A stretch of 63,686 nt of DNA, filler included, from Octopus bimaculoides (taxonomy: Eukaryota), in the NCBI RefSeq assembly GCF_001194135.2. It is 6 parts of 6 records of this genome, joined end to end, with 100 filler letters (N's around TTAATTAATTAA, not from the genome) between each part and the next. Parts side by side here need not be neighbours in the genome. Positions count along the whole stretch, not along the records: positions 20,326 to 38,978 come from NC_068987.1; 5 more parts are not named here. One strand, given 5' to 3'. Numbering within the stretch: position 1 is the first letter of the stretch; each line of letters begins with the position of its first letter. Position numbers and translations under genes: made by a program. Under the pieces are notes generated by a model that worked only from the letters and a program-made list of their open reading frames with translations, had not been told where the DNA came from and made no database searches. Positions 23,907 through 36,364 of the stretch are shown here, in pieces.

Positions 23907-24128
23907 AGTCGGTGAGCTGGCAGAATCGTTAGCATACCAGGAGAAATGCTTAGTGCTATTTCGTCTGTCTTTACGTTCTGAGTTCAAATTTCACCGAGGT
24001 CGACTTTGTCTTTCATCCTTTCGGGGTCGATTAAATAAGTACCAGTTACGCACTAGGGTCGATGTAACCGATTTAATCCCTTTGTTTGTCCTCTATATTT
24101 AGCCCTCTGTGGGCAATAAAGAAATAAA
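23907..24128 (+). mobile_element. Meta-like tRNA-headed SINE
   Basis: Homologous to 21980-22195. Confidence 0.8.
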
Positions 24129-26076
24129 CATATCATTTCTTGCCCCTCATGCATTCCTCAAGGCTGCATGGTATCGATTTTAAGCCTTTTTCTCTTGAAA
24201 GCTTCTATCGTGTTTTATGAAGCACATGCATGTCCTTGGGGCTCTTCATCTGTCCTTGCATATCCTTGAGGCACTTCATCTGCAGAGATTCTTCTACTGT
24301 AGACACTTGTGCCGACCATGTGTCAAGTACAGTTGGTCTCTTTATCTCTATTTGATTTCTCAGTTGACGTGGAATCACAGTTCAGTTGTTGACCAAAAGA
24401 GAGAGTATGTCATCTGCTTTGTACGCAATGTTCACAAACCACTGACAGGTCTGACAATGCAATAGTTGAAAGTTCGAATCATGTATTCTATAGACTGTCA
24501 ATATTGGACATGAGTGAGGATATTATATGGAATAATAAGAAGTAACTAAGCAGTGTGTGCCTCCGTATCACCAGTGCATAGATTATGGACAACTTTAAAA
24601 TAACCATGTTGAACTCGAGATCAATTCTACAGGCTGAAATATTTGTCAACCGGAAGTGTCACCACTGAAAGGAATGCTGGAATGTTGCTGTCTTAAGTTA
24701 TATCTAACAGTGTTTTTAAAAAGTAGCACTAATCTAGTTATTAAAATATGCCATTGTAAAAATTATTCTGACACGAACAGTTTACAAATTCCCTCCTTTT
24801 GTTTGCATGAAGAATCTATTCAAGAAGACCAAAAAAGCAAGTGGCAAAGGTATTTTTCATCAGCAAAATCTTGAGTAGGTTTTTGTTTCTTTTTTTTCTT
24901 TTAGGTATCACTTAAATTAAAGATGAGTTTGCGCGAGGAGAACATTTCCATTTTTAGATTTATTGAAATTAAATATTGTTGACAGTGGTTCGCATAACCT
25001 CGTTAAGTCTTACTTTCAATAACGACTTTAGGACGAAGGCGACATTTTGAAAGAGAGAGAGAGAGCCCAAACATAACTTTTATTGAAATCCCAATCAGGG
25101 ATTGGTATAGTTTCTAGTTATTGATCTTAGGTGTGTACACAATTGATTGAATATCATTTATTTGTGATATTTTAATGCATGATTTTGATAGTATTTCGTG
25201 AGGACACCCTTTTCCTAACTTTGATTGCAATAGCCTTTTCTCCGCTGGTATCTACTTCTTGATATTTTATTATTGTTGTTCATGCTGTTGCTATTAAAGT
25301 CTGTCTTAAGACTCTTTACTCTGATTAATATATATATATATATATATATATATANNNNNNNNNNNNNNNNNNNNNNNNNNNNNNNNNNNNNNNNNNNNNN
25401 NNNNNNNNNNNNNNNNNNNNNNNNNNNNNNNNNNNNNNNNNNNNNNNNNNNNNNNNNNNNNNNNNNNNNNNNNNNNNNNNNNNNNNNNNNNNNNNNNNNN
25501 NNNNNNNNNNNNNNNNNNNNNNNNNNNNNNNNNNNNNNNNNNNNNNNNNNNNNNNNNNNNNNNNNNNNNNNNNNNNNNNNNNNNNNNNNNNNNNNNNNNN
25601 NNNNNNNNNNNNNNNNNNNNNNNNNNNNNNNNNNNNNNNNNNNNNNNNNNNNNNNNNNNNNNNNNNNNNNNNNNNNNNNNNNNNNNNNNNNNNNNNNNNN
25701 NNNNNNNNNNNNNNNNNNNNNNNNNNNNNTATATATATATACTTTATTTAAAAGCAGCAGTGCTTTTAAATAAAGCATATTACTCTACCTCTGGTATTTG
25801 AGTACTCTTTTTTCCACCTTGTTGCACATTTCATGTGCTTACTCCGGTATATATATATATATAGATAGATAGATAGATAGACAGATAGATAGATAGATAG
25901 ATAGATATTCAGCAATGACTATACACGTGTATGTATACGTGAGCGTTCTGCATTTGTGTATAATAGTGTATTTATCTTTAATATATATCCACATATACAT
26001 CCCCAAATGAGATTTATATAAATATTCCTGTGCATGTATGTCTATGTATATAAATATCGATACGTGTGTGTACGTA

Positions 26077-26138
<62 letters not shown>

Positions 26139-26433
26139 TTATGCTTTTGTGTAAATGTGTACGTGAGTTACGCAGACATGCACGCACGATTACACACAAA
26201 CACACATGCACAGTTATACACACATATATTATATTAACAGAAAGGATAGCATCAGAAAAAATAACAACCAGTCAGTAGTAAAGGACAAAGAAGAACATGG
26301 TAAATGTGGAAAGGGATTATTTCAGCAAATATCGAATGATTTTGCTGAGCTTCTCTTATCAATTTAACCTCGTTCATTGCATGATTCGATTCCTCTTGCC
26401 ATTTTCCCGTCCACCGCCATCAATTTCTCGCAG

Positions 26434-26518
26434 ATTGACTCATTGTTTCAAGCAGGAGAACGAGAGAAGCAGAAACAAAACATATCAGAATACAATATCA
26501 TCAACGATCTCGGCCCCT
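26434..26518 (+). CDS. Candidate coding exon, product unknown
   Basis: Long AG-free pyrimidine-rich tract ending TCTCGCAG, 85-nt body, GTAAGC donor. Two open frames: IDSLFQAGEREKQKQNISEYNIINDLGP or LTHCFKQENERSRNKTYQNTISSTISAP. Confidence 0.35.
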
Positions 26519-26579
26519 GTAAGCAATCAAGTTAAAAGCCTTAATTAATGGAGATTGCTAATACCGTAATGGGCAATCA

Positions 26580-26835
26580 TTATTATTGTTGCTGCGGTTA
26601 TCATCAACTTCATCAGCAGCACCATGATCATCGCCGCCACCCACGTCATCACCATCACCACCACCAACACCACTATCATCATCATCATCATCATCACCAT
26701 CATCATCATTGCCACCACTGCTATCACCATACTGCTACTACTGCTGCTGCTGCCGGTAGAAATACTACTTCTGCTGTTACTACTCGTACTACCACTACTA
26801 CTAATAATAATAATAACAATAATAATAATAATGAT
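26580..26835. repeat. (CAT)/(CAC)/(ACT)/(AAT) trinucleotide mosaic
   Basis: Directly visible. Confidence 0.9.
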
Positions 26836-27107
26836 TTCGTTTACTTGCCACAAGGGCGAAGGATAAGGAGGACAATACAGAGACAGACATAATAAGGAAA
26901 TGATAAAAAAAAACATACTAAAGTATACACTGGAAGAGAAGGGACATATGCATGGCATACAAAGGTAAAAAGAGGGGAAGAGGATGATAGAGATGTGGCC
27001 CTCCTGACACAGGAACGCTTTTAGAGAACTCGAGGAACCGACATTTCTCTGAAACCATGAGCAAGTGCCCTCTTCAATTCCTTCTCTCCGACTCATAGGT
27101 CTGCACT

Positions 27108-27492
27108 TTGTTGTTGGCACTCCGTCGCTTACGACGTCGAGGGTTCCAGTTGATCCGATCAACGGAACAGCCTGCTCGTGAAATTAACGTGCAAGTGGCT
27201 GAGCACTCCACAGACACGTGTACCCTTAACGTAGTTCTCGGGGATATTCAGCGTGACATAGTGTGACAAGGCTGACCCTTTGAATTACAGGCACAACAGA
27301 AACAGGAAGTAAGAGTGAGAGAAAGTTGTAGTGGAAGAGTACAACAGGGTTCGCCACCATCCCCTACCGGAGCCTCGTGGAGCTTTTAGGTGTTTTCATT
27401 CAATAAACACTCACAACGCCCGGTCTAGGAATCGAAACCGCGTTCCTATGACCGCGAGTCCGCTGCCCTAACCACTGGGCCATTGCGCCTCC
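27108..27492 (-). mobile_element. Well-preserved tRNA-headed SINE
   Basis: GGAGGCGCAATGGCCCAGTGGTTAGGGCAGCGGACTCGCGGTCATAGGAACGCGGTTTCGATTCC head with A and B boxes, intact CpGs, (CAA)n end. Confidence 0.85.
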
Positions 27493-27829
27493 ACTGGTCT
27501 GCACTTACAGATGTACCATCCACTCTTGCCATTTTCGCAAATATTCATTCACCTTTCAGTAAACTCACTCGAGGACAGCACTTCCTTCTCCACTCATATT
27601 TTCATTTTCAAGTGAAACTTGAGGAATTCAGAGTTCTACCAAAGGGGAATGTATCTGTCCTCATGCCTTTCAGCTTTGACCACTAAACAAGCTCTTTCGC
27701 CATAGCAAGGGAAACTTGCCTCGCCTGCCCGATTGAAGGAGGGCGGCGATGTAATCACCACTATAGACACGGCCGACAGACAAATCCGTCCGCAACATTT
27801 TTTGCGTCTCTTGACATTCCGGTTACAAA

Positions 27830-27955
27830 TCTCAACTTTCATCGTTCCGGAGTCGATAAGATGAAGCACAAAACAAATAAGTACTGGAGTCAGTGAGTGG
27901 TATCGATCATACTCCTCCCCTCAAAATTGATGACCTGGTACTGAAATTAGAAACC
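27830..27955 (+). mobile_element. Meta-like SINE 3' fragment
   Basis: CTTTCATCGTTCCGGAGTCGATAAGAT..AAGTAC..CCCCTCAAAATTG. Confidence 0.6.
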
Positions 27956-27999
27956 TTTCCTTTTTTACCGATATTTTTTGTTGCTATTATTATTATGAA

Positions 28000-28590
28000 T
28001 TATTATTATTATCATTATTAATAATGAGTGACAGAGCAGCGCCTGCCATCAGAGTGGTACTGGGGTACAAGTATACGTAGCCCAGTATACTCATCATGAT
28101 TACCCGTCTGATAAGGGTACATCAGGCACATGAATCAAAACCATATGTTCGGAACATAGTGATCTCATATCAAGATAAACAACGCATGACCATGCAAATG
28201 GGACCCAGTTTAAATCTTCGTCAGGTCGAGTAGCCCATCTCGCTCAAAAGGTCCCTCAATAAGGGTTGTTTAAGGATGTTGAACGAAAAACCCATGTTTC
28301 CAGAGGTGAATTATCCAAATTCCAAAGAATTCCTCTCAAAACATGACTATGGTGCTCCCCCACTACTTCTGCTCATGATCAGAGATGCACGTATCATCAG
28401 CCCCTAAGGGACATGCTCAACTGGTTAAGGTCAAACAAGTGACAAGAAAATCTGTTGTATTAAGCAGAATATTTGCTGTAGCCCATCTTTTATAACAAGG
28501 CAATACATATGCATGATAACATTTCCAATCAGTTAAGATCGGAAGCGTTAAAAGCTAGTGCCTGGTACTGCATCAGGGCATCCATTTTTG
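28000..28590 (-). mobile_element. Second, longer copy of the 248-730 retroelement 3' region
   Basis: Reverse-complement homology over ~480 bp, plus ~85 bp that probably extend its 5' end. (TTA)n tail at left. Confidence 0.8.
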
Positions 28591-28599
28591 TTATTATTA

Positions 28600-28663
<64 letters not shown>

Positions 28664-28920
28664 GCTTTCCTGATTATTCTGGCCGTGCCAAGGAGGCAAA
28701 CCATTTGTAACAATTCTACTGGGCACTCTATTCTAAGTTCACTTATATTCCTCTTGATGCCTTCTGATACTGTTTCCAAGTACACAGCAATAATTGGCAT
28801 TATCTTCACCTTCTTCATTTTCCATAACCGGGCTATTTTGTACTTAACAGGATCGTGTATATCTATCTTTTCGCCTTCTTAACTATTTGTGGGTAAACGG
28901 CGTACGCAACATCAACTATA
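28590..28920 (-). mobile_element. RLE non-LTR retrotransposon 3' end with (TAA)n tail
   Basis: IVDVA..KYKIARLWKMKKVKIMPII..ECPVELLQMVCLLGTARIIRKA* followed by (TAA)n. Confidence 0.85.
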
Positions 28921-29144
28921 TACTCTTTTACTCTTTTACTCTTTTACTTGTTTCAGTCATTTGACTGTGGCCATGCTGGAGCACCGCCTTTAGTCGAGCA
29001 AATCGACCCCAGGACTTATTCTTTGTAAGCCTAGTACTTATTCTATCGGTCTCTTTTGCCGAACCGCTAAATTACGGGGACGTAAACACACCAGCATCGG
29101 TTGTCAAGCGATGTTGGGGGAACAAACACAGACACACAAACACA

Positions 29145-29182
<38 letters not shown>

Positions 29183-29487
29183 NNNNNNNNNNNNNNNNNN
29201 NNNNNNNNNNNNNNNNNNNNNNNNNNNNNNNNNNNNNNNNNNNNNNNNNNNNNNNNNNNNNNNNNNNNNNNNNNNNNNNNNNNNNNNNNNNNNNNNNNNN
29301 NNNNNNNNATATATATATATATACGACAGGCTTCTTTCAGTTTCCGTCTACCAAATCCACTCACAAGGCTTTAGTCGGCCCGAGGCTATAGTAGAAGACA
29401 CTTGCCCAAGGTGCTACGCAGTGCGACTGAACCCGGAACCATGTAGTTGGTAACCGAGCTACTTACCACACAGCCACTTCTGCGCCT
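28921..29487 (-). mobile_element. Complete bipartite tRNA-headed SINE with internal (TA)/(CA) microsatellite
   Basis: Head AGGCGCAGAAGTGGCTGTGTGGTAAG..GGGTTCAGTC, CCTTGGGCAAGTGTCTT core, internal repeat containing a gap, (GAGTAAAA)n tail. Confidence 0.9.
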
Positions 29488-29550
29488 ATAGCACATATCT
29501 TTTAACTTGTAGACCACCACTAGGTCCGGTCTATTACACTCTTTCAACAG

Positions 29551-29626
29551 TTTTCCTACAAGGAATCCTTGGTCATTTTTCGTGGACAGTTATGGATTCT
29601 TCGACCCATAATACTTTTAGAAACAG
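29551..29626 (+). CDS. Candidate coding exon, product unknown
   Basis: CTCTTTCAACAG acceptor and CAG|GTAGAT donor. Both frames compatible with 26434-26518 are open: FLQGILGHFSWTVMDSSTHNTFRN or FSYKESLVIFRGQLWILRPIILLET. Confidence 0.33.
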
Positions 29627-30559
29627 GTAGATGTAATAAATTTTTAAGTGAGGAGAATCTTATTTCCAATGGTTACATAAACCCAGAAACTTGAAAAGCA
29701 AGATGCTCACAAAGATCAGAAATGCAGCAAAGGCACTTAATTCCACAGTTCGTTCGTCTACTGTACGCGACGCTCAATGCCGTTTACAAGAATAAGTTAA
29801 TACTGATTTCGAAACTAAGCGCGATTGCTCAAATTTGTGTCCTATGTTTCATCAATCCCAGAAGGATGAAGACAATGTTGATCTCCTTACGTAATGGATA
29901 ATAACTATATACCACAATGCATTTTGTCCGTCACTCTCGTCTTTCAGCGAAACTGTGCAAGACAAAACGCTTGTATATGAGGAAGTCAGAAAGAAGCTGA
30001 CAAAATTTTATTAATGTAATTTAATTCAATCAATAAAATTAATTATGTAATAACCACAGCCGCTGCAGGAACGGCAACATGATCGACAACTATAACAACA
30101 ATAACAATATAATTCCATTCATAAATTTAACAAAAGAGATATAAACACTAAAGATCAACTACAATTCTACAGTAATGATTATGACGATTAATAATAATAA
30201 AAACGAAAATAATAATAATAATAATAATGAAAATAATAGTTTAGTATTATAATTGTCATTATTATTATCATCAGTAGTAGTAGTCAGACGAGCTTGAACG
30301 TTGTAACGCAATACAATGTACATTAAACACATGTGGAAATGAACAACAAAATTAAATAGGAGAGGTAGACAGGAGGCGTCGTTATGCAATAAAAGGATTT
30401 AAAATAATTAAACAGGCAATCACTATGAAAATATTACTAATTATATAATAATTGAAACGAAATACACGTAGTAAAATCGTAAATATATTCGTAGGTATGT
30501 AGAGATGGGAATCCACTGACTATTTTGAACCATATCAACTCCCTGATCTGCCATCTGTT

Positions 30560-30875
30560 TACCGACAGAATAAATGCTAATTTCGGAAAAATTCTAGGCT
30601 TCGACCAAGACGAACTGGATGGCTTACATGGGAGAACTTTCAGGTCGGAAACGTCTATGGACAATTTCCAGTAATTCTTGTCCTAGCTGTTATAATCTTG
30701 ATCAATATGTTTATAGTACCAGGCAAGATTTCCCGGGATGTATACACAACAGCCAAATCGACTATCATGTTTTTGTGCAATTGGTGATCTGTGAAGTAAC
30801 GTCGAACATTTGTAGTTTATTGTACGAGAGATTTGAGTGTTGGAGGAGACCATCTTGAAGATTCCTCCAACACCC
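30560..30875 (+). mobile_element. Highly decayed Tc1/maT transposase C-terminal relic
   Basis: FDQD.., SSNSCPSCYNLDQYVY (cf. PPNSPDLNPLDYYVW), VGGDHLE. Confidence 0.5.
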
Positions 30876-30929
30876 TCCTTTCAACGTGTATTGTATAATG
30901 GTCTGGATGCTAGGCCAAAAGAGGTTGTT

Positions 30930-32000
30930 TGGTGGTCAAGGTCAAAACGGTTGAGTGCATACTTCTTCGTTGGTCAAATATAGAGAAATAGCCACTAGGC
31001 TTGGATCTCTAATGTCTAATAGGTTTGTCGGATGCTGGACGGACCGTTAAATTGCTAGGAGTCTGGTTTGGTCTTGATCTCCAGGTAGAGATATACTGGG
31101 ACAAGATGATGAGCACGGTGATGAGTATTATACAGAAATAGGCTGAGGGAAAGCTGTCTTTGAAAGAATTGACGTACATCAACGTCATCTTCGTTTTCCA
31201 TGACCGTTTGACAGACGCGCTTTGCTGAAGTTCACTCGATCGTAAGGAAGGACATGCAAATATTATCAATGCAATATTACATGGCCATGTTCCTTAAAAT
31301 ACCCAATCGCCGGGGGTGAAATTATTACCCAGAGTAAAACCGTGATTAATAAATGCAAGAGCAGAAAAGAAAGAAAACTATAGTACGGCAAGAAGTGTGA
31401 TCGTAAGCTGTAGGCAAAAGAACTGGGAGAGCTGTTACTGTTTGCAAAATGGAAGGTAACTACATGGTTACAGACACTTGATCGCTCAAGGACTTTTCAT
31501 AACCTTTGGAAGACGGTGACGAAAATAAGGGTCTCCAGTGCGGTTTCCCGCAGGAACCAAGCCAGAATGGTTGTAATGATGCATACAAGGGATACTCATG
31601 AAATATGGTTGTTCCCTTCACAGAATGACGTCAATTGCATGTAGCACCCAATTTGTAAGTCTCCTACACATGATGATATACTTGGCGCAGGTATGTGGAT
31701 CGTAAATCTGCTTAGAATGGAACGAAAGGCTCTAATTATTCCCATCATTGCAAGTAGCGGTGAGTGTCGAAACTGGTGATAATGGCTGTGTCAAAGATAA
31801 TATCTGGTGGATGATTACAGCCTATGTGATTGATGAAGAGGACATAATTATGTAGGGGCATCTGATGCAGCATGATTATTAGTCAAATATAGGGTAGCGC
31901 TCTTAATCCAAACAGAAAAGAAGCTAGGAAATATTACTGATTCTATATATTTCTTGAATGATATTAGAGAGCTGAAATGTAAACGATATGATGCCAAAGA
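30930..32000 (+). mobile_element. Old L1/Tx1-like LINE 3' fragment
   Basis: VKLLGVWFGLDLQVEIYWDKMMSTV..KLSLKE post-RT motif, and a later KDNIWW motif. Confidence 0.6.
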
Positions 32001-32189
32001 TAACCTGAATGTATCAGATCAACAGAAGATATTCGTCTGTTGCTGATAAAACTTTATCAGCAGCTATAACAAGAAAGATTTCGACAATAAATCACTGATG
32101 AAATGGCGACCACAACCGACGAAATTTACCAGTAGTGCACGAAACCCCGAACAATCAGTACCACCACCAAATACTTACAGACATACATG

Positions 32190-32560
32190 CATACATACCT
32201 TGTTGATGTTGGTGAAATTCCAATGAAGAAGCCTTAGATCTAGGTTAGAAACTGGCTCTATCCAGATTACAAGTTCAGGTCTATACCTGTCATTATTGGG
32301 GCACTGAGATATGTAACACACTGCATAAATACCAATCTTGAGAAATTAGGCTTCTGAAAAGGAGAAAGTTGATTCCAAGACAGCAGATCCAATCCATGAA
32401 TGGAATTGTAAAAATCTGTAAAGGCTTCCAGAAGTTTATCATTTAAATAGATATGAGCATGTGTAGATATGCAAATATATGCATGAGGAGATATACATAA
32501 AAGAAAATATTCAAATGTTCGAGTATACAAACTTACATAGAAAAATACCCTGTTGTCGAA
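32190..32560 (+). mobile_element. RLE retrotransposon 3' end preceded by a copy of its own UTR terminus
   Basis: TTGATGTTG..AGATCTAGGTTAGAAACTGG (UTR end) joined to YPDYKFRSIPVIIGALRYVTHCINTNLEKLGF and UTR. Confidence 0.8.
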
Positions 32561-32599
32561 GTTCAATATAATATATTTGGTTTTGTTTTTGATCTATTT

Positions 32600-33375
32600 C
32601 TAAGTAAAACATTACAAATGTTAGTAGGGAGCTCCGAGATGATAGTAACGTTGATCATCAAAGCAGTGTATCATGGATCAATAATCGAATTACTACCTTC
32701 CATTTATAAGGGTATGCGTTTGCAAACTAGGAATAGGAAATATCAACCAAATACCTGATGCACAAAAGGGACAACGATGCAAAAGAGCTGCAAAATGTGA
32801 CAACCGATGCAAACTTTCTTACCCAATCATTTGTTCAAAAATGTCATCACAGTATTATCTACCAATGAGACATGATTTTGTAGCCAGGGCTCTATATAAT
32901 TAAATCCCTCAGAAGGATAACTCCGAGGACAAAGAAATAAGAGCTCACAGTATGGCAGAAAACATAGCAACTCATAATGAAAAGAGTACTAGTGGAATGT
33001 CCCAGTGGACACCTCAACAAAAAGCAAACACAACAAACCTGATATAATGAGTTGAGGTGGGAGGAAGAGAAACAGTGTACAATTGCGGAAATCAGCTGCT
33101 CAGCGGATTTTAACATAAACATGAACATCAATGGAAAAGAGAATACCGACGCTGAACAATTGAGAAATCTGCAGTTACTCTATAAAGATTACAAGTTCAG
33201 TTTTATACCTGTAATTATTGGTGCACTGGGCTATGTAACACACTGCCTAAATACTAATCATGAGAAATTAGGCGTCTCAAAACCATAAAGGAAGAAGCTA
33301 ATGCGAAGACTACAGATCTAATATATCACTGGAACTGTAAAAAACTGTAAAAGTTTCCAGAAGTTTATCATTTAA
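32600..33375 (+). mobile_element. RLE retrotransposon 3' fragment (subfamily A)
   Basis: VSRELRDDSNVDHQSS..YYLPMRHDFVARA..KPDI..CTIAEISCSAD..LRNLQLLYKDYKFSFIPVIIGALGYV. Confidence 0.85.
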
Positions 33376-33479
33376 TTATATATACATATAGTTACATATA
33401 AACATATAGTTACATATATACATATATATACATATATTTAATAATATATGAGCATGTTACATATATATACATATCTACA

Positions 33480-33700
33480 TGTGCCTAGCAGGTTTCCCAA
33501 ACTGTCATGGTCGTACTATCCTATACGACAAGACCTAGTCGTTAAAACTATATACAATTCCATTCGGCAAAAAAGACTGTCCTTGAAAAAATACACAGAA
33601 TCTTCCGTTATTGAATGCAGACAAAGGCATCAACCCAAGGAATGCTGCAGAAACATTCCCATCAAAAGATCTGTCATGTGTAAACATAACAGACAATATA
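33480..33700 (+). mobile_element. RLE retrotransposon fragment (subfamily B)
   Basis: HVPSRFPKLSWSYYPIRQDLVVKTIYNSIRQK, homologous to 3059-3326. Confidence 0.75.
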
Positions 33701-34287
33701 TATACGTGTGTTTGCATATGTGTATCTATATATATATAATGCAGATATAGTTTGGCGACATAAATGGTAAAAGACGAAAATGTTGACGATAAAGCTGTCC
33801 TTAGCAAAGTCGTCTCCCTTAGCTCCTCACTGGTACAAATACAATAAATCAGCGATAGGTGTTTTATAAACTTGTGTCCAACAAAGCTATTGTCCACAAG
33901 AAAAGAGAGAAAAAGTGATGTAAAAATTTAATAAATAAATTACACACGAAATAAATGATGCGTTTTCTTATGACTTTTTTCGATCAGACATGTTCAAATG
34001 AATGAAATGACTTTCACTTTCACCTCACCCTCATCTTCAACACTACATCACTTCACCATATTGTTTGTATTGCATTGATGCAGAAACTATTTCGAAACAC
34101 TTTCTGTGAAGTTGTCACGAAGAATGTAAGCGTATAAATGCATGAAAGTATTAATAATCTCTTTTATTCCACGCAGATTTGGTGTAGATGTCTGGCTCCG
34201 AACTATTTTTATATTCGTCTATTTCTTCATTCATAGAAGTATTATATTCATTGATGTAAATGTGTATGTTTGTTTGTGTGTGTATGT

Positions 34288-34349
<62 letters not shown>

Positions 34350-34882
34350 NNNNNNNNNNNNNNNNNNNNNNNNNNNNNNNNNNNNNNNNNNNNNNNNNNN
34401 NNNNNNNNNNNNNNNNNNNNNNNNNNNNNNNNNNNNNNNNNNNNNNNNNNNNNNNNNNNNNNNNNNNNNNNNNNNNNNNNNNNNNNNNNNNNNNNNNNNN
34501 NNNNNNNNNNNNNNNNNNNNNNNNNNNNNNNNNNNNNNNNNNNNNNNNNNNNNNNNNNNNNNNNNNNNNNNNNNNNNNNNNNNNNNNNNNNNNNNNNNNN
34601 NNNNNNNNNNNNNNNNNNNNNNNNNNNNNNNNNNNNNNNNNNNNNNNNNNNNNNNNNNNNNNNNNNNNNNNNNNNNNNNNNNNNNNNNNNNNNNNNNNNN
34701 NNNNNNNNNNNNNNNNNNNNNNNNNNNNNNNNNNNNNNNNNNNNNNNNNNNNNNNNNNNNNNNNNNNNNNNNNNNNNNNNNNNNNNNNNNNNNNNNNNNN
34801 NNNNNNNNNNNNNNNNNNNNNNNNNNNNNNNNNNNNNNNNNNNNNNNNNNNNNNNNNNNNNNNNNNNNNNNNNNNNNNNNNN

Positions 34883-34913
<31 letters not shown>

Positions 34914-35758
34914 GTCTAACGAGGTCATTTTGTCAGGTCTGTCGTACTTCAGTGATCGTCCAGGCATCCAGCATACTCTCTTCTCAAAATAAGTGACCCA
35001 CTGGGTTTCACTTTTAACCACAAGTATTGATTCACTGATATCAAAATGAAAATATTCTTAATTTTCTACATATAAGCTAGCAACTACACCTAAAATGCCA
35101 CATATATCAGGAGTATATATCTACGTGATACAATGAAAATACGACCACTCAGTTTCATGTAACACTGTTCATGTAATATCAATATTTTCGATTTTTACAA
35201 TGCGTGTGCAGTGGCCGATCTCTAACCATTAAGAACGCTTAATGACAGAACTGAAAGTATTTACAAATGGTAGGTTTTGCTACTTCTCCAACAGATATGT
35301 GACAGCAGCACCACATGTACATTTTATATACATACATACATACATACATACATACATACATAAATATATACAATTTCATTCGACAATATTATTGCGAGGA
35401 TATATATATATACCTCATAAAGAGATGTTAGCATATGCACATGTAAAGGTTTTTTTTTTAAATTAACATAATCATACGGACATAACTGAGTGCTAACCCT
35501 GATGAAATATTCAATTAACTATATCTAATTGCATCTTACTTCAATTTTCGTATTCGAATTGAATATGGAAACAATTGTAGGTTGTAAGGAATTGAGATTA
35601 TTTGTAAATGGAGTTCTATTACTAAATTGATTTCTACATTTCTTTTCTTATGCATACATGCTTACATACGTACATACATATATATGTATATACCTATTGT
35701 TATATACATATATATATATATATATACGTACATAATACACGCACATACACACACACAC

Positions 35759-35805
<47 letters not shown>

Positions 35806-36364
35806 NNNNNNNNNNGTAAAAACTCTGAAAATCGACTATACGACTATATTAATGTAGTCTTTGGAAAAACTGTATTTTTAGCCAATACCGAGACAGAATG
35901 TTTCTGCGTTTAGCGGAGCGTTGTCAACTTTAAGGTTGTAACCTGTGAAATTTATAGTTTTGCGTCTGTGACATGACCTGTTCATTGTAGGTTTCTAAAT
36001 AAACAGAAATACCTAATAAAATCAACACGTATCATCTTATTGTTTCTTCATTGATTGCATAGTTTTATTTTTTGCATATGGATGTAAGTATTCGTATATA
36101 AGTTCATATGTACATTTATGCATTCATGTCTGTGTGTCTGTCTCCAAAACTCCAAAGTTGGGTAACATTTTCATGCTTGGATGTGTAATCTACGATACGA
36201 ATAATACTGGTCAGCAAAGAATTTGTTCCAAAAGCACAACAAATATTTGATAAACTAGCACACAGAAAAATTAAAATAAAACACGAGGGTGAAAAGAATC
36301 TTGTGGTGTGAAGACTCAAGTTTGAGAAATCAACATAGAACAAGGTGGGGCAAAGACAACAGTG

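Noticed and set aside
26548-26892. His-rich ORF
   Set aside because: Translation of (CAT)/(CAC)/(AAT) microsatellites.
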